Notes: generated by a model not told the origin, from the letters alone. Shown: positions 1 through 11,942, numbered from the stretch's first letter. The stretch: DNA of 64,000 nucleotides from an uncultured Gemmatimonadales bacterium (GCA_963739455.1 CAVUAK010000001.1:160001-224000), one strand, 5' to 3'. Program-made: numbers and translations.

Positions 1-300
1 AGCCGCGCGGAACGAAGAAGTCGCTGGCACCCGCCTCGATGAAGCCCATCGGGGCGCCGATGTTCTGGATCTGCCGCGGGTACGGTGACGCCGCGATCAG
101 CACCGGATACCGGCCCGGCTCCAGCGGGCCGGTGCACATCCACCAGCAGCTCGGTGCCGTCGCGCGTCCGGAACGGCAACGTCCTCGTCGCACGTTGCGG
201 TGAACTGCGGCGTCGAGAGGTTGCGGTAGGTGCGACCAGTGGTCTGGGGACCATTCAACTGGCGCTGACCGGGCTCGGTGCCGGAAACGAGTGGTCTCAT
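1..300 (-). CDS. CocE/NonD family hydrolase (peptidase S15-like), 5' part, runs off the window; frameshifted near 125-170
   Basis: Manual translation across the shift: MRPLVSG...DEDVAVP / RDGTELLVDVHRP..PGRYPVLIAASPYPRQIQNIGAPMGFIEAGASDFFVPRG, the typical CocE/NonD N-terminus. Confidence 0.8.
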
Positions 301-339
301 GACGAGGCAGACTGCATCAATTAGTTGTACAGGGCGGGA

Positions 340-441
340 GGGCGGGGCGCCCCTCGAGGGGATCGTGGAACGCACCCATACATCCGATCGAAGGGGAACC
401 CCGGCGTGCGTTCCCCTTTCCCCGAAGGGGGCGCCCCGCCC
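340..441. repeat. Long imperfect inverted repeat (~36-bp arms, 30-nt loop)
   Basis: 340-375 GGGCGGGGCGCCCCTCGAGGGGATCGTGGAACGCAC pairs with 406-441 GTGCGTTCCCCTTTCCCCGAAGGGGGCGCCCCGCCC. Confidence 0.75.
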
Positions 442-499
442 GATCCGCCACCGCGCAAGAGCGTGTGCCAGGAGGTCCGCAGGGTCCCCCGCGCCGCGC

Positions 500-2615
500 T
501 CACTCCACTCGTCCTGGGCCGACCAGCTTCTGGCTGAAGTACGTCATCTCCAGCGCCTTGATCCTCGCCCCCTGCGCAATGTCCGCATCCCCCGAATGCC
601 CCCCCGCCGTGTCCTCATAGAACAGGTACGGCAGCCCGTAGCTCGTTCATCCGCGCCGCGAACTTCCGCGCATGCTGCGGACCCACCCGGTCATCCTTTG
701 TCGTCGTCCAGATGAACGGCTCCGGGTACTTCACCCCCGGCTTCAGGTTCTGGTACGGCGAGATCGTCTGCAGGAATGCCGCTTCCTCCGGCACCGACGC
801 TGATCCATACTCGTCCACCCACGACGCCCCCGCCTGGATCAGCTCGTATCGCATCATGTCGAGCAGCGGCACCTGGATTACCACCGCGTTCCACAGGTCG
901 GGGTGCTGCTCCATCTCCACGCCCATCAGCAGTCCGCCGTTCGACCCGCCATAGATGCCGAACTTCGCCGGGCTCGACAGCTTCCGCGCGAAGATGTCCT
1001 GCGCCACCGCCGCAAAGTCGTCGTAGATGATCTGCCGCTTCGTCTTCCGCCCCGCCTCGTGCCATGCCGGCCCGAACTCCCCGCCGCCCCGGATGTTCGC
1101 CACCGCGAAGCTCCCACCCTGCTCGATCCACAGCTTCCCCATCGTGCCGGAATAGAACGGCGTATACGACACCTCGAACCCGCCGTACGCCGTCATGATC
1201 GTCGGCGTCGACCCGTCGAGCGGAATGTCCTTCCGGTGCACGATGAAGTACGGGATCTTCGTTCCGTCCGTCGATGTCGCCTCGAACTGCTGCACCACAG
1301 CGTTCGACGCGTCGAACCTCGCCGGCATCGCCTTGACCTGCGCCACGTTCCCTGTCGCCGCATTCACCGACCAGAGTGTGGTCGGCGTAATGAACCCGGT
1401 GACGTTCACGAACGCATCGTCGCTCCGCAGGGTGGTCGACACCAGGCCGATCGAGGCATTGTCCGGTAGCGCCAGCGGCTTCGACGTCCATCCTTTCGGT
1501 CCCGGCGTGAGCACCTCAACCCGGTTGCGCACGTTGTCCAGCACCACCGCGATCAGCCGGCTCTTTGTCGCAGCCGCCGCCTCGATTGATTGCTTCGCAG
1601 TCGGCTGGATCAGCACCGTCGGTGTCACCGGGCCGCCATTCAATTGGGCCAGCTCCACCGACAGCAGCGCGCCTGCCGGGATCTGCTTGCCGCCCGCCGT
1701 CCAGTCCTCGCTCGTCTTGATGATGACGTGTCCGTCCACCATGCCCCGGATGTCTGCGCGTTCCGGCAGCGGCAGCCGCACCGGCCCCTGCGGCAGCAGC
1801 GCGAACGTCTCGTGCCCGAAGAACGTCGTGCCACGCAGCATCATCGCCTGCCGGTTCCCCTGCGCATCGATCAGCATGAACGACCCCACGCCCACCTGGT
1901 CAGACTCCGCGCCGCGGAATACCTCGACCGCCTGGTCCACCGCCTGCCCTCGCTTGAGCCGCTTGAGCACGAACGGATATCCCGACGTCGTCATCGTTCC
2001 CGGGCCCCAGTCGCGCGACACCAGCAAGGTGTTGGCATCGATCCACGTCGCATCCTGCTTCGAGAGCGGCAGCACGAAGCCATCGGTGACGAACTTGCCT
2101 GTGCTCAGGTCGAATTCGCGGATCGTGATCGCATCTTCACCGCCGTCGGACAGGTTCACCAGACAGAGGCGCTCCTCCGGCTGCAGGCAGTTGGCACCAC
2201 TCCACACCCAGTTCTTGCCCTCCGCCTTTCCCAGCGAATCGATGTCGAGCATCGTCGTCCACTTCGGCTGCGCCGTGCCGTAGCTCGCCTCCGTGGTCCA
2301 GCGCCAGATGCCATGCGGATGCGCCCCGTCCCGCCAGAAGTTGAACACCCGCCCGAATGTCTGGTTGGGGTAGGCAATCCGGTCCTCCGCCGAGGCGATC
2401 GCGTACGCGTCCTTGTAGAAGCCGGCGTACCGCGGATCACTCTCCAGCCGCGGAATCGTCTTGGCGTTCTCGGTGGCCACCCACTCCATCGCCGCCTTGC
2501 TGTCCTTCTCTTCCAGCCAGATGTACGGATCGGTCACTGTGGCGGGCGACAGCGTCTGCGCCGCCAATGGGCGGGCGGCCGCGAGGGCAACGAGAGACAG
2601 CACGATTAGGCGCAT
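500..2615 (-). CDS. Prolyl oligopeptidase family (S9) serine peptidase with signal peptide; frameshift near 641
   Basis: DPYIWLE, GGSNGG nucleophile, DDRVGP; the catalytic His (AGGHSG) and stop at 500-502 appear after a 1-nt shift; start MRLIVLSLVALAAA at 2615. Confidence 0.92.
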
Positions 2616-2833
2616 TGAACTGCCAATAGGATGAGGAAAGCCAAATGTCGCGGCGAGGAGGTCCGCAGGGCCTCCTCGCTGCGGTCCCAATATGACGAAC
2701 CTTGGTAGCATTGACGCCACCTCAGGCTGCCCGCAAACTCCCAGCCTCGGCAATGGTATCAACGAGTGCCCCGCATTGGCACCGTACGGTCCCGTACTCC
2801 GTTTGGCTTCGAACCCGCAAGGAATCCAGACCA

Positions 2834-5174
2834 ATGGCGACGAAAAAGTTCAAGGGTGTCATCAAGCTCGACGTCCGCGACTCCACTCCGGATTGGGACC
2901 CTACACCCCGACGAAGGCGCCCGAGGGCGCGCCGAACGTCCTGTTCGTTCTGTACGACGACACCGGCCTGGCCGCCTGGTCGCCGTTCGGCGGCGGGATC
3001 AACATGCCGACGCTGCAGAGGCTGGCCGACAACGGCCTGATGTACTCGCAGTGGCACACGACGGCGCTCTGCTCGCCGACCCGCTCGACGCTCCTGACCG
3101 GCCGCAACCATCACCTCAACGGCATGGCGGCGATCACCGAGGCCGCCACCGGATTCCCCGGCGCCCACGGCCGCATTCCCGACGAGTGCGCCACGGTCGG
3201 GCAGATCCTCCAGGACGGCGGCTGGAGCACCTTCTGGCTCGGCAAGAACCACAACGTCCCCGAGACAGGACGTCTGCTCCGGCGGCAGCAAGAAGCAGTG
3301 GCCGCTCCAGAAGGGCTTCGATCGCTTCTACGGCTTCATCGGCGGCGAGACCAACCAGTGGTATCCCGACCTGGTCGAGGACAACCAGTTCATCGAGCAG
3401 CCGTACAGTCCCGGAGGAGGGCTATCACCTCTCCAAGGACCTCGCCGACAAGGCCATCGCGGATGATCCGCGACCAGAAGGCCAGCAACCCGTCGCAAGC
3501 CGTGGTACATGTGGTTCTGCCCGGGCGCCAACCATGCGCCGCACCACGCCCCGCAGGAATACATCGACAAGTACAAGGGCAAGTTCGACGACGGCTACGA
3601 GGCCTATCGCGAGTGGGTCCTGCCGCGCATGATCGCCAAGGGCATCCTGCCGAAGGGCACCCAGCTCACGCCGCTCAACCCGATGCCCGAGGACGTCGCG
3701 AACGCCGGCGACTTCGTGCGCCCGTGGGACTCGCTCAACGCCGACGAGAAGAAGCTGTTCTCGCGCCTGATGGAGGTCTACGCCGGATTCTCCGAGTACA
3801 CCGACGCGCAGGTCGGCCGCATCATCGACTACCTCGAGAAGAGCGGCCAGCTCGAGAACACGCTCGTCTTCTACGCCGCCGACAACGGCGCGTCGGGCGA
3901 GGGCAGCCCCAACGGCTCGGTCAACGAGAACAAGTTCTTCAACGGCTATCCCGGACGAGCTCTCCGAGAACATGAAGCTCATCGACGAGCTCGGCGGCCC
4001 GGACACCTACGAGCACTATCCGACCGGCTGGGCCGCGGCCATCTCGACGCCGTTCAAGATGTTCAAGCGCTACTCGGAGTACTCCGGCGGCACCTGCGAC
4101 CCGCTGGTCATCTCCTGGCCCAAGGGCATCAAGGCGCGCGGCGAGGTGCGCCACCAGTATCACCACTCCACCGACATCGTCCCGACGATCCTGGAGGTCT
4201 GCGGGCTGGAGATGCCCAAGGTCTACAAGGGCGTGGAGCAGTACCCGCTCTCCGGCGTCTCGATGCGCTACAGCTTCGACGCCAAGCCGGACGCACCGAC
4301 GCAGAAGAAGCGCCAGTACTACGCGATGCTCGGCACCCGCGGCATCTGGGAGGACGGCTGGAAGGCCGTCGCCATCCACGCGCCGATCAGCGGCAAGGGC
4401 CACTTCGACAAGGACGAGTGGGAGCTCTACCACGTCGACGAGGACCGCGCCGAGTCGAAGGACCTCGGCGAAGGAGCATCCCGAGAAGCTCCAGGACGCT
4501 GATCAAGGCCTGGTTCGAGGAGGCGGAGAAGAACCTCGTGCTGCCGCTCGACGACCGCAGCGCGCTCGAGATTCTCAGCACGCCGCGTCCCGCCGAAGAG
4601 ACGCCGCGCGAGCGGTACATCTACTATCCGGGTACCTCTCCGGTGCCGGAAAGCGTGGCCGTCAACGTGCGTGGCCGTTCGTACAAGATCCTCGCCGATG
4701 TCGAGATCACGGATCCGGACTGCGTCCGGCGTGATCTTCGCCCACGGTTCACGCTTCGGCGGCCACTCGCTGTTCATCAAGGACAAGAAGCTGTACTACG
4801 TCTACAACTTCCTCGGCATCAAGCCGGAGCAGCAGTTCGTCTCCGCCGAGCTCAAGCCCGGCAAGTACACGCTCGGCATGGAGTTCACCCGGGAGAAGGG
4901 CGGGCAAGTACGACGAGTCCATCGGCAAGACGAAGCTCTACGTCAACGACAAGGTCGTCGCCGAAGGCCCGATGCGCGACGCAGGTGGGCAAGTTCACGC
5001 TGTCGCGGCGACGGCCTCTGCGTCGGTATCGACAGCGGCGACGCCGTGAGCCAGGAGTACAAGACGCCCGGGAAGTTCACGAACGGCACGATCTTCGGCG
5101 TCGGCGTCACCGTCGAGAAGGCCCAGTACCTCGACCTCGAGAAGCTGGCCGCGGCCGCGTTCGCGATCGACTGA
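2834..5174 (+). CDS. Arylsulfatase (Cys-type, formylglycine-dependent), several frameshifts
   Basis: PNVLFVLYDD, CSPTRSTLLTGR (CxPxR), GKNH, ADNG motifs spread over ORFs 2702/2692/3509/3972/4671. Confidence 0.92.
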
Positions 5175-5177
5175 TTG

Positions 5178-5552
5178 ATGGACGAACTCCTTCGCCCGGC
5201 AGCCGACATCGTTTCACTCGGCCTCAACGCGCTGGCCCTCCTGGTCATCGCCGTTGGGGCCATCAACGCCTTGATCGGCCTGCTCAAGGTCATGTGGCCC
5301 GGGCGGCACGCCACCGGAACCGAGAAGCGCGGCGTCTGGCTCGAATTCTCCCGATGGCTCATTGCCGGTCTTACCTTCCAGCTCGCCGCCGATATCGTGC
5401 AGACGATGGTCGTCCCGGGCTGGCAGGATGTCGGCCGCGTCGCCGCCGTTGCGGTGATCCGCGCATTCCTCACCTACACCATCGATCGCGACATCGACAG
5501 TCTGCGCGAGCGCGATGCGGAACGGAGGGAACGGGATGCAGGCCACCCCTGA
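5178..5552 (+). CDS. DUF1622 family membrane protein
   Basis: WLIAGLTFQLAADIVQT and VAVIRAFLTY motifs. Confidence 0.8.
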   Translation: MDELLRPAADIVSLGLNALALLVIAVGAINALIGLLKVMWPGRHATGTEKRGVWLEFSRWLIAGLTFQLAADIVQTMVVPGWQDVGRVAAVAVIRAFLTYTIDRDIDSLRERDAERRERDAGHP

Positions 5553-6177
5553 TGCAGGAGCCATTCTCGGCTTGGGCGCAGTCGTGACGCTCTTCGTCAT
5601 CACGCTCGGCCCCATCAAGATCCTCGGACCGTTCGTCCAGATGACCCAGGAGGCCGACGCCAAGGTCCTCCGCCAGATCGCCATCCGCGCCTTCCTGATG
5701 TCCGTCGTCACCGTCGTGGCCGGCGGCTATGTCGGCGTCAGCCTCCTCCGGAAATGGCACGTCTCCATCCCGGCGCTCGAACTGTCCGGCGGGCTCATCT
5801 TCCTCATCGTCGGCCTGCGCATCGTCCTGGAGCAGTATCAGGCGGTCCACGCTCCTGTACCACAGCTGCCCCAGGCACCGACGGCTGCAGCGCTCAAGCT
5901 CACCTTCCCGACCATCGTTACGCCCTATGGCATCGCGGCGGTCATGACGCTCATCGCCAACAGCACGAGCCCCGAACGGACCACCACCGTCCTGCTCATC
6001 CTGGCCGGCGTCATGGTCCTCAACCTCCTCGCCATGCTCGCTGCCCGCGCCATCATGGGCAGCGTCATGATGATGGTGCTCCGGATCATTGGAGCGGTGC
6101 TGGGCGTGTTGCAGGTGGCCTTGGCGGTGGAACTCATGCTGCGGAGCCTGGTGAAGATGGGCGTGCTCCATGTCTGA
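5536..6177 (+). CDS. MarC family membrane protein
   Basis: LFVITLGPIKILGPF, FPTIVTPYGIA, several hydrophobic helices. Confidence 0.8.
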   Translation: MQATPDAGAILGLGAVVTLFVITLGPIKILGPFVQMTQEADAKVLRQIAIRAFLMSVVTVVAGGYVGVSLLRKWHVSIPALELSGGLIFLIVGLRIVLEQYQAVHAPVPQLPQAPTAAALKLTFPTIVTPYGIAAVMTLIANSTSPERTTTVLLILAGVMVLNLLAMLAARAIMGSVMMMVLRIIGAVLGVLQVALAVELMLRSLVKMGVLHV

Positions 6178-6625
6178 CGCGGCACCGGATCCCCTGGCCA
6201 AGCCCGCCGACGAGCTCGCCGCCCGCCGCACCGGCATGGCGTTCCAGCGCACTCGCATGGCCGCCGATCGCACCCTCATGGCCGTCATGCGCACCTCGCT
6301 GTCGCTCATCGGCTTCGGCTTCACCATCTTCCAGTTCTTCCAGCGGCTCACGCAAGCGGGCACCATCAGCCACGATCGGGCCCCGCGCCGCTTCGGCACC
6401 GCCCTCGTCGTCCTCGGCGTCGCCCTTCTCATTGCCGGCATTGGCTACCATGTGAGCTACATGGGCGAGCTGCGCCGCCTCCGCGCTGACCTCAAGGCCG
6501 AGGGCATGCTGCGCGCCGAAACCCAGTTCCCGGTGTCGCTCAGCCTCATTGTCGCCATCCTGCTGCTCATTACCGGTCTCTTCGCCGTCGCCAGCATGGC
6601 GTTCAACGTCGGCCCGCTCGAGTAG
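6170..6625 (+). CDS. DUF202/YidH family membrane protein
   Basis: RTRMAADRTLMAVMRTSLSLIGFGF motif. Confidence 0.85.
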   Translation: MSDAAPDPLAKPADELAARRTGMAFQRTRMAADRTLMAVMRTSLSLIGFGFTIFQFFQRLTQAGTISHDRAPRRFGTALVVLGVALLIAGIGYHVSYMGELRRLRADLKAEGMLRAETQFPVSLSLIVAILLLITGLFAVASMAFNVGPLE

Positions 6626-6636
6626 CTGGCCCTCCC

Positions 6637-7861
6637 GTGCCCTACCATCTGCTGGCCAAGCCCGCCGGCGCCGCGTGCAACCTTGGCTGCGAATACTGCT
6701 TCTTCCTCTCCAAGGAGAACCTGTATCCGCGCGAGACGCCCATGATGGACGACGAAACGCTGGAGACGTACATCCAGCAGCTCATGGAGTCGTCTACCGG
6801 CGGTGAGATCCACATCGCCTGGCAGGGCGGCGAGCCGATGCTCCGCGGCCTCGACTTCTACAAGCGCTCCGTGAAGCTGGCTGAGAAGTACCGGCCCCAG
6901 GGACGGCAGCGCATCGTCCACACCATGCAGACCAACGGCACCCTCATCGACGACGAGTGGGCCGCGTTCTTCAAGCAGAACAACTACCTCGTGGGACTGA
7001 GCATCGACGGCCCGCGGGAAATGCACGACGCCTTCCGCATCACCAAGCAGGGCACCGGCAGCTTCGACGAAGTCGTGCGTGGCTGGAACATCCTCCGCAA
7101 GCACAAGGTGGACGTCAACGTCCTCTGTACCATCCATGCCGGCAACCAGGACCACCCGCTCGAGGTCTATCACTTCTTCCGCGACGAGCTCGGCGCCGAG
7201 TACATCCAGCTCATCCCCATTGTCGAGCGCGCCACTCCCGAGACCATCGACATCGCCAACGAGGGATGGGGCGGGCAGCGCGGTCGCGATCGCCCGCTCT
7301 ACAAGCAGGAGGGGAACCTCGTCACGAAGCGCACCGTGAACTCGGAGAAGTTCGGCACCTTCCTGAATCACCATCTTCGACGAATGGGTCACGCGCGATG
7401 TCGGCAAGGTGTACGTCACCACCTTCGACGTGGCGCTCGGCAGCTTCATGGGACAGCACAACCTCTGCATCGTTGCCCCCACCTGCGGCGATGCCCTGGT
7501 CATGGAGCACAACGGCGACGTCTACTCCTGCGACCACTTCGTCGAGCCCGACTACAAGCTCGGCAACATCAACGACACGCCGCTCGGAACCCTCGTGGCG
7601 TCCGAGCGCCAGCGCAGGTTCGGGTCGCACAAGTACGAGTCACTTCCGAAGTACTGCAAGGAATGCCCGGTGCTCTTTGCCTGCTACGGCGAGTGCCCCC
7701 GCAATCGCTTCATCAAGACCCCCGACGGCGAGGAAGGGCTCAACTACCTTTGCGCCGGCTACAAGTCGTTTTTCACCCACATCAACCCGTCGATGCGCAC
7801 CATGGCCGGCCTGCTCCGGCAGGGCCGCTACGCCGACGAGATCATGACGGCGCCGGCATAA
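6637..7861 (+). CDS. Anaerobic sulfatase maturase (radical SAM/SPASM); frameshift near 7370
   Basis: KPAGAACNLGCEYC, WQGGEP, QTNG; SPASM cysteines (GDVYSCDH, CKECP..ACYGECP) in ORF 7409-7861; sulfatase nearby. Confidence 0.92.
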
Positions 7862-7866
7862 CGCCT

Positions 7867-8418
7867 ATGCCTGACGTGGCCCGCTGGACCCGCGCTGAGG
7901 TGCTGGCGCTCCCCGATGACGGGATGCGACACGAGCTCATCGACGGCGAGTTGATCGTGACGCCAACTCCCCGGGTGCGACACCAGGAGGGCGTCATGGC
8001 CTTGCAAGAATTGTTGTCGGCCTATGCCCGCGAACACGGCGTTGGCCGATGTTACAACCTGCCTGGTGACCTTGAGGTGCTGCCGGGCCAGGTGAACCAG
8101 CCCGACCTCTTCGTCGTCCCACCCGGCCCGCGCTTCAGCCGCTGGGAAGACGCCCCCACCCCCATCCTCGTCATCGAGGTCGCCTCACCCTCCACCGCGC
8201 GATACGACCGCGGCACCAAGCGCCGGTTCTACCAGCGCGCTGGCGTGCCCGAATACTGGATCGTAGACCTCGACGCGCGCCTGGTGGAGCGCTGGCGCCC
8301 GGACGACCTTCGCCCCGAAGTGCTCGACCACGATATCGCTTGGCAGCCAGCTCCTGACGCCCCGGCGCTCCGCATCGATCTTGACCGCTTTTTCGGCGAG
8401 GTCATGGACGCAACCTAG
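7867..8418 (+). CDS. Uma2/DUF820 family PD-(D/E)XK nuclease, copy 1
   Basis: ELIDGELIV.P.P...HQ, QPDL, IEVASPST..YD..K...Y...GVPEYWIVD; the ORF-track fusion to the maturase results from the frameshift. Confidence 0.9.
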   Translation: MPDVARWTRAEVLALPDDGMRHELIDGELIVTPTPRVRHQEGVMALQELLSAYAREHGVGRCYNLPGDLEVLPGQVNQPDLFVVPPGPRFSRWEDAPTPILVIEVASPSTARYDRGTKRRFYQRAGVPEYWIVDLDARLVERWRPDDLRPEVLDHDIAWQPAPDAPALRIDLDRFFGEVMDAT

Positions 8419-8479
8419 GAAGGCACCGCCAGCCGCAATCCCCTAGCCGCCCGCTGCCGCACCGTGCAAGTTTCGCCCT

Positions 8480-11210
8480 GTGAATCCCACCCTGGACCGT
8501 CTCTCAGCCGCCCTCTCTGACCGCTACCGCCTCGAGCACGAGCTCGGCCAGGGCGGCATGGCCACCGTCTACCTCGCCGAGGACCTGAAGCACAGCCGCA
8601 AGGTCGCCATCAAGGTCCTGCACCCCGAGCTGAGTGCCTTGATTGGTGGCGACCGCTTCCTTACAGAAATCAAGACCACGGCCGGCCTGCAGCATCCCCA
8701 CATTCTCGGCCTCATCGATTCCGGCGCGGTTCCTCTCACGACTCACGCCTCACGCCTCACTGACGACAGTCGACTGTCGACTGATCTCTTGTATTACGTC
8801 ATGCCTTTTGTCTCGGGCGAGTCCCTCCGCAACCGGCTGACCCGCGACAAGCAGCTCCCCATCGACGACGCGCTCCGGCTCGCGAAAGAAGTCGCCAGCG
8901 CCCTCGACTACGCCCACCGCCAGGGCGTCGTCCACCGCGACATCAAGCCGGAGAACATTCTCCTGCAGGACGGCTCCGCCCTCGTAGCCGACTTCGGCAT
9001 CGCCCTCGCCGTGCAGCAGGCCGGCGGCAGCAGGATGACGCAGACCGGCATGTCACTCGGCACCCCCGCCTACATGTCGCCCGAACAGGCCATGGGCGAG
9101 CGCGACATCGGTGCCCGCAGCGATGTGTATGCCTTGGGTGCGATGACGTACGAGATGCTCACCGGCGAGCCTCCCTTCACCGGCCTCAACTCCCAGGCCA
9201 TCGTCGCGAAGGTGCTGACCGAGACTCCACCTCCGCTCCGCCCCAAGCGTCCGACGGTGAGCCCTGCAGTCGAGCACGCGATCCTCACCGCGCTGCAGAA
9301 GCTCCCCGCCGATCGCTATGGAAGCGCGAAGGACTTCGCCGAGGCCCTCGACGGCAAGGGTGGGAACTATGCAGCCACGGTAGTTACCTCACGTCCTCAC
9401 GTCCTCACGTCTTCACGTCAGCGCCTTCCCGTCCTTGCCGCCTTGGTGCTTACGGCCATCCTCGCGGCACTCGCGGGAAGGGCGTCCCGTGCGGAGCCCC
9501 AGCCTCCAGTCGCACGCTACACCACCCTCCTCCCCGCCGACCAGGCCCTCGCCGACACGCGCGGCCATCGCATCGCCATTTCTCCTGACGGGTCCCGCCT
9601 GGTCTACTCCGGGAGCGGGTCCGACGGGTCACAACTCTGGCTCCGGAACCGGAACCAGCTCCGCGCTACGCCGATTCCCGGCGCCAGTCACCCGACCGTG
9701 CCGTTCTTCTCGCCCGATGGCCAGCGCGTCGGGTACACCGTCGAGGGAAACACCGAGATCAAGGTCGTGAGCCTCACTGGTGCGCCGCCCATTACCGTCG
9801 CCGACTCCGGTATTGGCGCCGACGGTGCCACCTGGAGCGAGGACGGCTTCATCTACTTCGACGGGCTCACGGGCGGTGGCACCACCGGCCTCATGCGCGT
9901 GGCACCAAACGGTGCGAAGGTCCTGGAACAGGTCACCACCGTCGACACCGCGCGCCGCGAGCAGGATCACTTCTGGCCCAACGCCTTGCCGAAGGGGCGC
10001 GGGGTGCTCTTCACCATCCAGGAGCGCGGGAACAATGAGGAGCGGAGCCAACTGGCCGTCCTCGACACGAAGACCATGAAGGTGCACACCCTGGTCCAGG
10101 CGCTCACCGGTCGCTACGCACCAGGCGGATACCTCCTGTACGTCACGGCGGCAGGCGAACTGCTCGCGGTGAAGTTCGACCTCGACCGTCTCGCCGTGGT
10201 GGGGGAGCCGTTCGCCATTGCCAGCGGTATTGCGCGACGGTCCTTCGGCGCCATCGACCTCGCCATCTCGATGTCGGGGACCCTCGTGTACCAGGCCGGC
10301 GGGGCCGCGATGGAGCCGAGTCAGGTCGTCTACGTGAGCCGCGACGGCTCGGCCGTCCCGATCGACACGAGTTTCGTGGGTGACTTCCAGACCCTGGCGC
10401 TCTCCCCCGACGGCCGCCGGCTCGCCATCAGCAAGATCGACGGCACCGAGCAGCAGGTCTGGATCAAGCAGCCCCAATGGTCCGCTCAGCAAGCTCAGCT
10501 TCGAGGGAAATCGCAGCATCCGACCCACCTGGTCGCCCGATGGCCAGTACGTGGGATTCATCGGCAACCAGGGCGCCGGTCCCCAGTTCTATCGCAAGCG
10601 CGCCGACGGAATCGGCGCGACGGAACCGGTGCTCACCATGCCGGGCCGCGTCGTCAATGCGGCGACCTGGAGCCGCGACGGGAAGTGGCTCGCGTTCCTC
10701 ACCAACCCTGCCGACCTCTTTGCCCGCCGTACCAGTGGTGACACCTCCCTGGTTTCCCTCGCGAACTCCCGGTTCGAGGAGATCACCCCGTCGATCTCCC
10801 CCGATGGGCGCTGGCTGGCGTACTCGTCCAACGAGTCGGGCGAGTTCGAGATCTACGTGCGTCCCTTTCCCGACGCCGGATCAGCCCGGTGGCAGGTCTC
10901 GACCGGTGGTGGCTTCGAGCCGTTGTGGTCTCCCGACGGCCACGAGTTGCTCTACTGGAGCGGCGGCGAGAACACCACCGGCCAGCTCAACACAGTGGCC
11001 GTGCTCCCGGGGCCAACGTTCATCGCCGGCCAGCGCCACATCCTCCCCATCCAGGGCTCGCCCTACGTCGGCACGCCCGGCTCCTGGGACATCACCCGCG
11101 ACGGCAAGCGCTTTGTCATGATTCGCCAGGGCGCCGGCAAGGGTGATGACCGGGAACTCGTAGTGGTCGAGAACCTTTCCGCCGAACTCACCGCGGAGCA
11201 TGCGCGGTAA
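8480..11210 (+). CDS. Ser/Thr protein kinase K1: kinase-TM-PD40/TolB-like beta-propellers; frameshift near 10470
   Basis: GQGGMATV, VAIK, HRDIKPEN, DFG, GTPAYMSPE; repeated SPDG motifs. Confidence 0.92.
8726..8785 (+). repeat. In-frame heptamer-repeat insert in K1 kinase N-lobe loop
   Basis: GCGGTT CCT CTCACGA CTCACGC CTCACGC CTCAC TGACGACAG TCGACTG TCGACTG. Confidence 0.85.
9387..9418 (+). repeat. Octamer repeat CYTCACGT x4 in K1 linker
   Basis: GTAGTT A then CCTCACGT x3, CTTCACGT. Confidence 0.9.
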
Positions 11211-11214
11211 CCAG

Positions 11215-11250
11215 GTCATTGCGAGGCCTGCGTAGCAGGCCGCGGCAATC
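11215..11250 (+). repeat. REP/RPE-like palindrome
   Basis: GTC ATTGC GA GGCCTGC GTA GCAGGCC GCG GCAAT C. Confidence 0.75.
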
Positions 11251-11367
11251 CCGTTGCATGGCACGGAGCCTTCCTGCGCATTTTCGATGACGTCGTCATT
11301 GCCGGTTCGGGCAACCTTGGGCAATGCCGACTTGCCCACCTTCACCCGCCGAGCGTACGCTATGGCT

Positions 11368-11919
11368 ATGCCTGACGTGGCCCGCTGGACCCGCGCTGAA
11401 GTACTGGCGCTTCCCGACGATGGGATGCGCCACGAGCTCATCGACGGCGAACTGATCGTGACCCCCACCCCACGCGTCAGGCACCAGGAAGGGGTCACAG
11501 CGCTGACGGCGCTCCTCCTGCCATACGTGCACGAGCATCGACTCGGCCGCTTCTTTGCCTTGCCAGCCGATCTCGAGGTGCTTCCCGACCAGCTCACCCA
11601 GCCCGACCTGTTCGTGGTGCCGCCCGGCCCACGGTTCGATCGCTGGGAGGACGCCCCAACACCCACCCTCGTCATCGAAGTCGCCTCGCCATCCACGGCC
11701 CGGTACGACCGCGGCACCAAGCGCCGGTTTTACCAGCGCGGTGGCGTGCCCGAGTACTGGATCGTCGACCTCGACGCCCGGCTTGTGGAACGCTGGCGCC
11801 CCAGCGACGCCAGGCCGGAAGTGCTCGACCACGACATCACCTGGCAGCCCAACCCGGACGTCCCACCGCTCCGCATCGACCTGGATCAATTCTTCGCGCA
11901 GGTCATGGACGCAAGGTAG
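11368..11919 (+). CDS. Uma2/DUF820 family nuclease, copy 2
   Basis: Same length (552 nt) and motifs as copy 1; start chosen by alignment to copy 1. Confidence 0.9.
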   Translation: MPDVARWTRAEVLALPDDGMRHELIDGELIVTPTPRVRHQEGVTALTALLLPYVHEHRLGRFFALPADLEVLPDQLTQPDLFVVPPGPRFDRWEDAPTPTLVIEVASPSTARYDRGTKRRFYQRGGVPEYWIVDLDARLVERWRPSDARPEVLDHDITWQPNPDVPPLRIDLDQFFAQVMDAR

Positions 11920-11942
11920 GAGATCTCCTGCCAACATAAATC

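Noticed and set aside
313..331. Operator palindrome upstream of the CocE/NonD gene (CAATTAGTTG)
   Set aside because: Short and imperfect; cannot be told apart from an AT-rich promoter.
6637..8418. Radical SAM-Uma2 fusion protein (593-aa ORF)
   Set aside because: Artifact of the frameshift near 7370; the SPASM half is in another frame and Uma2 has its own ATG matching copy 2.
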